DNA from: an uncultured archaeon
Lineage (GTDB): Archaea > Asgardarchaeota > Thorarchaeia > Thorarchaeales > Thorarchaeaceae
Direction: 5' to 3'
DNA length: 32,000 bases
NCBI GenBank assembly: GCA_964354495.1
Contig: CAYHAA010000006.1
Coordinates: forward strand, 1-32,000
Below are positions 25,051 to 32,000 of the stretch, one piece after another. The position numbers were made by a program, and so were the translations under genes. The notes under the pieces are model-generated. The model was not told the origin of the DNA. It searched no databases and saw only the letters and a list, made by a program, of their open reading frames with translations. Position 1 is the stretch's first letter. The number at the start of each line of letters is the position of its first letter.

Positions 25051-26318
25051 TGAATGATGAGGACACTAGTTCAGACAGTGAGGAGATACTCACTCTCAAG
25101 GCATTCTTTGATGAACACACAATGAGTGTGCACTTGATTGAGAGGAATCCACCTCGTGCCAAGAGAGGAACACCAGGGAATTGGGAACTCGTTGAACTCT
25201 CAGACCGGATTCTCACCTACGACGAACTTGATGTTTTGGCTGAGGCCATCATGGAAACAGCAGAACATGACAAAGATTCATTTATTGAGATTGAGGAAGA
25301 GGGCGCAGCAGTTGTGCAGCTACGGAACATGAGAATTGCAATCGCTAGACGTCCCTTCGCTGATAAAATGGAAATCTCTGCAATTAGACCTATTCTGAAA
25401 CTCAATTTGGAAGACTATCGTCTGAGTCCCAAGCTAATGAAGAGGCTTGAGGAACGAGCAGAGGGCATACTCGTTTCTGGTTCGCCTGGTTCCGGCAAGA
25501 GTACGTTTGCAGCGGCATTGGCCGAATTCTATGGACACAAGGGTAACATTGTGAAGACACTTGAGCAACCGAGAGACCTACAGGTAGAGGAGTCTATTGT
25601 GCAGTATTCTCCCCTTGATGGCAGCATGGAGAAGGCTGCTGATATCCTTCTCTTGGTCAGACCAGATTATGTGATTTATGATGAACTACGAAAGAACTCT
25701 GACTTTCAGGCCTATGCCGATCTTCGGTCTGCAGGGGTTGGAATGGTAGGCGTTGTTCATGCGGGGTCCTCTATAGATGCCCTTCAACGATTGCTTCTTG
25801 GTGGACGAGTTGAACTTGGTCAGGTACCAAGTACAGTCGATACAGTTGTTCATATCGAAGACGGAAGAGTGGCAAAAGTGAATTCACTCTCATTGAAAGT
25901 GAAACTCCCTACTGGTATGAGTAGTTCACAGAGGGATCTTGCACGACCTGTTGTTGAGGTTCGCGACTTTGAATTGGGTCTGCTTGAGTATGAGATGTTT
26001 ACATTCGGAGGAGAAAAAGTCGTGGTGCCTGTGAGAAGTGTCATGCCTTTTGCTGGTAGAGGTGAAGAGAGGCGTCGTGGTGTTCCCGGAGAAACAGTTC
26101 CGGTTTCTTTGAGCTATAGCAAGAAGAAAGTCATAGTCACTGCTGGCAGGAAATATGCAAAGCAAAGAGTAGAGCTCTTCGCAGAGGAACAGTATCTGTT
26201 GACCACAGTCATTGGTGGAAACGGAGAGAGCTCGATTCGTGTGAAGACAAGACAAGGGGCAGCCCTAGTAGATGCCATGGAAGATGGGCTGAAGATAACT
26301 GCCAAGATAGTCGAGTAG
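25047..26318 (+). CDS. PINA/MJ1533-like secretion-type ATPase lacking PIN and KH domains
   Basis: MSVHL...AKRG.PG, GSPGSGKSTFAAAL, IYDE, GMVGVVHA and RPVVEVRDF, plus a PINA-like C-terminal domain. Confidence 0.85.
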   Translation: MMNDEDTSSDSEEILTLKAFFDEHTMSVHLIERNPPRAKRGTPGNWELVELSDRILTYDELDVLAEAIMETAEHDKDSFIEIEEEGAAVVQLRNMRIAIARRPFADKMEISAIRPILKLNLEDYRLSPKLMKRLEERAEGILVSGSPGSGKSTFAAALAEFYGHKGNIVKTLEQPRDLQVEESIVQYSPLDGSMEKAADILLLVRPDYVIYDELRKNSDFQAYADLRSAGVGMVGVVHAGSSIDALQRLLLGGRVELGQVPSTVDTVVHIEDGRVAKVNSLSLKVKLPTGMSSSQRDLARPVVEVRDFELGLLEYEMFTFGGEKVVVPVRSVMPFAGRGEERRRGVPGETVPVSLSYSKKKVIVTAGRKYAKQRVELFAEEQYLLTTVIGGNGESSIRVKTRQGAALVDAMEDGLKITAKIVE

Positions 26319-26372
26319 AAAGATACATTCGACAAAAGCTTTAACAACAGACAACCATTCGAACATCTCTCA

Positions 26373-26505
26373 GGGCCCGTGGCCTAGCCTGGTCATACAA
26401 AGAAATAATCTTGTATGTGGAAGATAGGGCGCCAGCCTCCTAGAATAACCAAAGGTTATTGGAGAGAGTTGGTAATCCCCGGTTCAAATCCGGGCGGGCC
26501 CGCCA
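26373..26505 (+). tRNA. tRNA-Arg(CCU) with two introns (D-loop 26393-26423; canonical 37/38 26443-26466)
   Basis: Acceptor GGGCCCG/CGGGCCC plus GCCA. Complete BHB at the anticodon (CTCC/GGAG, AATAACC/GGTTATT). Relaxed BHB in the D-loop (CATACAA/TTGTATG). Confidence 0.93.
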
Positions 26506-26573
26506 CACCTTCTCGTTTCATAAACAGAATATCCAAATGTGATAACTATTCTATATGATTTGGAGGCACATTC

Positions 26574-27680
26574 ATGAATGAGGAGTCCAAGCCCGATTAT
26601 GAATTCATCCCGGGTCGGGAATTATGCGAAGTCTTTTACAGAAACGCCGTGAAACCAATCTTGGAAGACTTTTACCCAGATCTGGTCTACTCGGCGGCCC
26701 ATATGGGCTCAGGCTCAGATGTTCTTGGTTTTGATACATCTCAATCTATGGATCATGGATGGGGCCCGAAACTATTACTCTTCTTGAGGAAAGCGGATTC
26801 GAACTCATATCAAGATAAAGTAGACCAGACACTTCGTCAGCATTTGCCCTATGAAATTCGAGGATTTCCAACCAACTTCACAATTCATGAGGATGGAAAC
26901 CTGATAATGTCACCAATAACTGCAGGACCCGTCAATCATGCAATCAAAATAAGTACAGTAAGTGATTTCTTCGCAGAATATGTTGGTTTATTTCCTTCAG
27001 AGGATCTCAGTATTATTGATTGGCTCACTGTTCCTGAACAGATACTACGAAGTATAGTGAGTGGACGTGTCTTCTATGATGGATTGGGAGAGTTACATCC
27101 AATAATTGCTAGACTGCAATATTATCCTCATGAGCTGTGGTTGTATCTCTTGGCAAATCAATGGCGAAGAATTTCCCAAGAAGGCACATTCATGGGTCGA
27201 TGTGGTCAGGTAGGAGATGAACTAGGTTCGAGAATAGTTGCTGCCAGACTAGTTAGGGATATGATGAGATTGTGTTTTCTTATGGAGAAGCAATATGCTC
27301 CCTACATGATGTGGTTTGGTACCGCGTTTTCAAAACTTAGTTGTGCCAAAGGCATTGAGCCACTTTTTCTTCAGTCACTTAATGCAGACAAGTGGGAGGA
27401 ACGAGAAACGTATCTAGTACAGGCCTATGAATATGTAGCAGAGATGCACAATAGACTTGGAATAACAAGACCATTGAATACGAAGGCAACATACTTCCAC
27501 AATCGTGCGTTCAGAATCATTCAGTCAGATGAATTCGTAAGTGAAATACTATCTGTAATAGGGAATGAAGAAGTAGAGAAACTGCCAGAGTTTCTAGGTA
27601 GTATTGATCAATACGTTGACTCGACGGATGTCTTGGCATATGCTAACAAATATCGTAGGTTTTGGTCAATGTATCAATGA
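26574..27680 (+). CDS. DUF4037-domain (nucleotidyltransferase-like) protein
   Basis: GSGSDVLGFD..S.DHGWGP, WLTVPEQ, G.VFYDG and YAPY.KW-like motifs. Confidence 0.85.
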   Translation: MNEESKPDYEFIPGRELCEVFYRNAVKPILEDFYPDLVYSAAHMGSGSDVLGFDTSQSMDHGWGPKLLLFLRKADSNSYQDKVDQTLRQHLPYEIRGFPTNFTIHEDGNLIMSPITAGPVNHAIKISTVSDFFAEYVGLFPSEDLSIIDWLTVPEQILRSIVSGRVFYDGLGELHPIIARLQYYPHELWLYLLANQWRRISQEGTFMGRCGQVGDELGSRIVAARLVRDMMRLCFLMEKQYAPYMMWFGTAFSKLSCAKGIEPLFLQSLNADKWEERETYLVQAYEYVAEMHNRLGITRPLNTKATYFHNRAFRIIQSDEFVSEILSVIGNEEVEKLPEFLGSIDQYVDSTDVLAYANKYRRFWSMYQ

Positions 27681-27688
27681 GGGCCCTT

Positions 27689-28387
27689 TCACTTTCTTAG
27701 AATGTATGCACCTTTTGCTGTACCAACATGTACCTCATCGGTCATTCCAATGAATAGTCCTGTTTCCACAACACCTGGAATCATCTTAAGTTCGATTGCC
27801 AGTTTTTCTGGATTATCTAGGAAACGAGTGAGTCTTAGATCGATAATGAAATTGCCATTATCTGTTACAACAGGACCCATTTTCCCCTGCGCCTCTCTTA
27901 CTATGGGTTCAATCCCCATCTTTTCTAATGTCTTTCTGACAACGCCAAGAGAGAATGGAAGTACTTCGATGGGGATAAGGCACTTGGTTCCTAGTTTCTC
28001 AACAAGCTTTGACTCATCAACAATTATGATTAGTTTCTTTGATGCAAAAGCCACAACTTTCTCTTGAAAGAGAGCTCCTCCGCCTCCTTTTGTCAGATTG
28101 AGGTCCTTATCAACTTCATCGGCTCCATCTATTGTGAGAAGTAATTCAGGGCTTAGATCAAGATTAGTCAGTGGAATACTATGTTTTATGGCAAGCTGAT
28201 ATGCTTGGTAAGAACTTGGAACAACTGAGACATTGACTTCTTGTGATTTGATTCTTTTACCTAATTCCTCAGCAAATACCGCGACTGTGGATCCACTACC
28301 GAGACCTATAGCGCCCTCTTTTGGAATGAGCGGCATAACACTCTTTGCAGCATTCAGCTTGACATGCGACATGGATTTTGACACCAT
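27689..28387 (-). CDS. rpiA: Ribose-5-phosphate isomerase A
   Basis: GLGSGST, DGADEVD, KGGGGA, EKVVA, TDNGN and GVVETGLF. Confidence 0.97.
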   Translation of the reverse strand: MVSKSMSHVKLNAAKSVMPLIPKEGAIGLGSGSTVAVFAEELGKRIKSQEVNVSVVPSSYQAYQLAIKHSIPLTNLDLSPELLLTIDGADEVDKDLNLTKGGGGALFQEKVVAFASKKLIIIVDESKLVEKLGTKCLIPIEVLPFSLGVVRKTLEKMGIEPIVREAQGKMGPVVTDNGNFIIDLRLTRFLDNPEKLAIELKMIPGVVETGLFIGMTDEVHVGTAKGAYILRK

Positions 28388-28479
28388 CTTGAGTTTGGAC
28401 TAATCTGGCAAAAAGTCTTCCTAGAAGAATGACTACTTAATTTCAGGGCTGAGAAGTCCACAAGAACTGCAGCTCTCAG

Positions 28480-29445
28480 CTAATCGCCGCCCATGAGTGC
28501 CTTAAGACGCTCCATCTCCTGAAGCATTTCAGATTGCAGAGAGCTCTTGCCATCTGTTGATTTCGGAGGGGTTCCACCGAGTATCGCACTGCCAAGACCC
28601 GAACCACCAGGAGGGTTAGCACTGGGAGCAACACCGCTTGGAGTACCCCCACTAGGAGGGCCACCACTCGGAACACCACCACCTGGAGGACCACCTACAG
28701 GAGCACCACCACTGGGAACTCCACCTCTTGGCGGGCCACCGCTCGGAGGACCACCAGCAGGAGGACCGCCGCTGGGCGGGCCAGCACTCGGAGGACCACC
28801 AGCAGGAGGACCACCACTCGGTCTGCCTGGGCTTACTGTACCCGGTACACCTACACTTGAAATGGGTGTTTCACCCAATTCGTCAGCTTCTACGGTGGTA
28901 CCAGACATTGCTGCGAGTTTTTGAAGATAGTCTGATCGCGCTCTGTCAACCGCCGAAGAAGTGTCAACTATGGCTTTGAGTTCTTGGTCCTTGGCGACTG
29001 CATCTTGAACTGCAGCAAGTCGGTCTTCATAGACCTGAGCAACCTTGGACTTCATTGATTCATCTAGGTCACCCTGTTGTGCATAGTAGTCCACTGCAAC
29101 GAGTGCTTGTTGAATTGCGTTTTCTTCAACCTTAAGAAACACGAGAGCTTCTGCTGGAGTCTTCAGAAACTTGAGTTTCTTGACACCAGCCATGCCTGCA
29201 GAAACATCACCTGTCGAAGCGATTATCCTCTTGATTCCCTCATCTACTCCAGCGCCGCCAGAAACACGGCGACCACGATGTGCCAGTACAAGAATGATTA
29301 CGAGGAGGGGGGATACTGTGATGATGAAGAACCATGCCTCAGGGCCAAATGGAATTCCCAAGGGTATAAAGAAGTCAGATATGGGTCGGAATAGTCCAAC
29401 TACGAATTCTGTGAAGGCTTGGTAAATTGTTTGCAATTGGCTCAC
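28480..29445 (-). CDS. Membrane-anchored helical protein with Pro/Gly pentapeptide repeats and a C-terminal amphipathic helix
   Basis: N-terminal TM, helical middle region, about 14 xGGPP-like units, and terminal LQSEMLQEMERLK. Confidence 0.8.
   Translation of the reverse strand: MSQLQTIYQAFTEFVVGLFRPISDFFIPLGIPFGPEAWFFIITVSPLLVIILVLAHRGRRVSGGAGVDEGIKRIIASTGDVSAGMAGVKKLKFLKTPAEALVFLKVEENAIQQALVAVDYYAQQGDLDESMKSKVAQVYEDRLAAVQDAVAKDQELKAIVDTSSAVDRARSDYLQKLAAMSGTTVEADELGETPISSVGVPGTVSPGRPSGGPPAGGPPSAGPPSGGPPAGGPPSGGPPRGGVPSGGAPVGGPPGGGVPSGGPPSGGTPSGVAPSANPPGGSGLGSAILGGTPPKSTDGKSSLQSEMLQEMERLKALMGGD
28600..28830. repeat. Degenerate 15-bp coding tandem repeat (xGGPP)
   Basis: Includes an exact 26-nt duplicate CTCGGAGGACCACCAGCAGGAGGACC at 28742-28767 and 28787-28812. 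Confidence 0.85.
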
Positions 29446-29664
29446 CTACTGGTACATCATCTGATGATGCACTTCTGAGTACTATTTTACTTTTCTTGTA
29501 AGCATTAGAGTTTGTAAGACACACATGTGATGCGGCTTAATCAACCAAGGCGACTGTCCGCACGTCTTTCTTGCGCACAGTGACTCATAAACATGTCCTT
29601 GATGAACACCACTTACTACGACCCAATTTACCTTAATTGGGTTGATTTGTAAAGTGATTAGTGG

Positions 29665-30216
29665 GTGACTGATATGAATCTGTTAGACCCATTAATTGAA
29701 GACTATGTGCTACATGAAAAAGCCTGGAAGTTCGGCGGTGGTGATATCTACAATCCACAGGGTGAGAAAGTAGGTTCAATGAAGAGGAAGCTCATATCGA
29801 TGAGAGCTGAAATCGAATTGAGAAACCCTGATGACTCGGTGGTCTGTATAATTAATAAGAAGCTAGTGAGTGCCCGTCCAATCTATGACGTGAAGACTCC
29901 TGAGGGCGAGCTGATAGGAAGAGGCAAGAGACCCATGATCGCTATCCGGGGATCTGTAGACATGTACGATGCTAATGACGTTTTGATATACAAGGCACAG
30001 GGCGGGGTCATGAAGTGGGACTTCACAATAACAGATCCTAATGATAAGAACAGAATCTATGCTCAGATTAAGAAGGGTGACAAGTGGAGAGATATTTTCG
30101 CTCCAGCCTTCAATTTCAAGGACCGTTATGTGATTCACGTCGGAGATCCGATGGCTCCAAGAATGATGCTGCTCGCCTATGCAGTTATCATCGATAATGT
30201 CTATCATGATAATTAG
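29665..30216 (+). CDS. LURP-one/scramblase (Tubby-C-like) family protein
   Basis: Repeated [IY]...G...G...K beta-hairpin units, WDFTI.D, and C-terminal DRY.I......LLAYAV.ID. Confidence 0.8.
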   Translation: MTDMNLLDPLIEDYVLHEKAWKFGGGDIYNPQGEKVGSMKRKLISMRAEIELRNPDDSVVCIINKKLVSARPIYDVKTPEGELIGRGKRPMIAIRGSVDMYDANDVLIYKAQGGVMKWDFTITDPNDKNRIYAQIKKGDKWRDIFAPAFNFKDRYVIHVGDPMAPRMMLLAYAVIIDNVYHDN

Positions 30217-30268
30217 AAAAGCTACGACGAAAACTCTATAATACGTTTAGAAGTAACGTGCAGTTCGT

Positions 30269-30375
30269 GCCCCAGTGGCTTAGAGGCTATAGTATCTCTG
30301 CTTGCTCACAGGTACGGCAAAAGCGGCTGACTTGTAATCAGCAGGTCGCGCGTTCAATTCGCGCCTGGGGCTCCA
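30269..30375 (+). tRNA. tRNA-Thr(UGU) with a D-arm intron of about 31 nt (about 30290-30320)
   Basis: Acceptor GCCCCAG/CTGGGGC plus TCCA, anticodon arm GCTGA-CTTGTAA-TCAGC, T arm GCGCG/CGCGC. Extra D-arm sequence with a GTATCT/AGGTAC stem. The exact splice sites are uncertain. Confidence 0.9.
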
Positions 30376-30421
30376 CTCTTTCTTAGGCCAGACCGATTAA
30401 TGCCTGTAATACAGTTGCTAT

Positions 30422-30712
30422 TCAAATGTATTGAATTCCCACGATCCAATAGATAATGAGAGAGATAATCAGACCAACAATTGCTACAGCCAGAAAGGAC
30501 ATTTTCTTAGTTTTATGGCGGAACTTGTACATACCACCAAGAATCCCGATTGCACCCCCAATGATTCCGAGCAGTTGTAAGGTGACCTCAGCAACGCGCC
30601 ATTGATTTCTTACTGCCTTTCTCTTGTCCCACCACATTGCTAGAAATGCCACAGCGTTGATCATTACTAGATAGAGAAGGGGAAACCAGTAGATTATTTC
30701 TGCGAGCTGCAG
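30422..30712 (-). CDS. DUF1294 family membrane protein
   Basis: INAVAFLAM..DK.KA...WRV.E..L...GG..G...M..FRHKT.K. First ATG is at 30664, but an in-frame hydrophobic extension starts at CTG 30712. Confidence 0.88.
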   Translation of the reverse strand: MQLAEIIYWFPLLYLVMINAVAFLAMWWDKRKAVRNQWRVAEVTLQLLGIIGGAIGILGGMYKFRHKTKKMSFLAVAIVGLIISLIIYWIVGIQYI

Positions 30713-30718
30713 CGGTAC

Positions 30719-31921
30719 TCACATCCTTCTTGCAGCCTCTTCGAGTGCTGATATCAACTCCAATTTCTTACCAGTGAGGAAATTGATTGTAGCTCCACCG
30801 CCTGTACTGATATGGGTGATTTTGTCATCAAGATGCATCTTTTTCGCTATTGCACCCATGTGGCCACCGCCTACTACTGTGATACCCTTGCAGTCTGCAA
30901 TCGCCTTCAGGACTTTCATAGTGCCTTTGGCGAAAATCTCTTTCTCAAAATACCCCATGGGACCGTTTGCAAAGACGACCGCAGATTTTCTGATGATAGT
31001 AGCATACTTTTCTGCGCTCTTTGTGCCGATGTCCAAGAAAGGATTCCCTTTCATCTCAGTGAAATCGCAATCGACTCTCTTGCCCGTGTCTACAGCAGCA
31101 TCTTGAGGAAGAATAAGTCTGTCACCATGGTTAGCTAGCAGTTCTCGAGCTGTTCCTACAGCAGCGTCGAATCCTTTGATTGGTTTGGAGTAAGTTTCCG
31201 GTACTTTACCAGCTGCAATCAAGAATAGAGTACCAATGAGTCCTCCAAGAAGTGCATTATCGACACGGCCTGTTCCCAAGAGCTTACTGAGCGTAGATAC
31301 CTTATCTTCTACCTTGCTCCCGCCTAGAACTAGAGTCCAGGGGTGTTTGTCGGTGCTTGTTGCGGCGGTCAATGTGCGAATCTCTTTCTCCACTAACCTT
31401 CCTGCAACAGATGGCAATACTGTGGTAAATCCAACTATTGATGCTTGAGATCTATGAGCGGCGCCAAATGCATCATTGACAAAGACGTCAAAGAGTGGAT
31501 ACAGCTCCTGTACTATCTGTTCCTTAGCGACTTCATTTGGGGGAGCCTTCTTCAGTTCACCGTCAAAGTATCGTACATTCTGAAGTACAAGTATCTCTCC
31601 AATCTTGACGCGGTTAATCGCTTTCTTTGCCTTTTGGCCGAATACGTCATCGACGAATGTAGCGTTGAATCCTAATTTCCTAAGAAACTCAGTGTGTTGC
31701 TCCAATGAGGTAAAATCATCACTACCAGGACTTCCTTGGTGAGCCATCAAGACTACCTTGCTCTTGGAGAGTTCATCCAATGTTTCACGTACCGCCTCAA
31801 TTCGTGAGAAATCTGTGATTTTCTTTGTTTCCGGATCTACTGAGCAGTTCAAATCAACGCGAAGTAGAACTCGTTTGCCAATATAGTCAACATCATCCAA
31901 CGTCTTGAAACTGATAGACAC
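30719..31921 (-). CDS. pgk: Phosphoglycerate kinase
   Basis: RVDLN, AHQG, NDAFGAAHR, GGSKVEDK, NGPMG, GGGH and ISTGGGA. Confidence 0.97.
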   Translation of the reverse strand: MSISFKTLDDVDYIGKRVLLRVDLNCSVDPETKKITDFSRIEAVRETLDELSKSKVVLMAHQGSPGSDDFTSLEQHTEFLRKLGFNATFVDDVFGQKAKKAINRVKIGEILVLQNVRYFDGELKKAPPNEVAKEQIVQELYPLFDVFVNDAFGAAHRSQASIVGFTTVLPSVAGRLVEKEIRTLTAATSTDKHPWTLVLGGSKVEDKVSTLSKLLGTGRVDNALLGGLIGTLFLIAAGKVPETYSKPIKGFDAAVGTARELLANHGDRLILPQDAAVDTGKRVDCDFTEMKGNPFLDIGTKSAEKYATIIRKSAVVFANGPMGYFEKEIFAKGTMKVLKAIADCKGITVVGGGHMGAIAKKMHLDDKITHISTGGGATINFLTGKKLELISALEEAARRM

Positions 31922-32000
31922 GTCCCATCACCGATTTTTGGACGAGGAAGCTTCCGAATAAAGAACTTGTTGGAAAGAACAAGTCGTTCAGCGACTAGAG

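Noticed and set aside
28547-28979. Plus-strand Pro/Gly-rich ORFs
   Set aside because: Antisense shadows of the repeat in the minus-strand gene.
31922-32000. 3' end of an upstream minus-strand gene at the window edge
   Set aside because: An open frame exists, but it is too short to identify or delimit.

Overview
Archaeal chromosomal window. It is most likely from an Asgard archaeon (Thorarchaeia-like); this is inferred from gene content, tRNA-intron style and promoter style, not from a marker gene. The left part holds a decayed tnpB remnant, a SagB-type nitroreductase, an orphan DUF1156/COG1743-type adenine methyltransferase, an unusual ECF-transporter/phosphoesterase operon, a kinase-like gene and secreted proteins. 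The right part is mostly housekeeping: mtnA, hycI, a tRNA-splicing endonuclease subunit, a truncated PINA-like ATPase, rpiA, pgk and intron-containing tRNAs. The most interesting part is about 13.46-22.67 kb. It contains (i) a 560-aa TnpB whose RuvC has the Fanzor/IS607-type rearranged catalytic site and a structured omegaRNA-like 3' region, (ii) a divergently transcribed 1700-aa protein with a RecB-family nuclease domain and a degenerate HerA/FtsK-like P-loop, (iii) an intact intron-less tRNA-Arg(UCG), (iv) a RexAB/Kiwa-like soluble-plus-4TM gene pair, and (v) a second, inverted tRNA-Arg(UCG). The second copy has the same promoter and a complete BHB intron but is cut off exactly before the T-loop, and a matching T-arm fragment lies 9.1 kb away at the other side of the cluster. 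All protein family calls are from motif recognition, not database searches.
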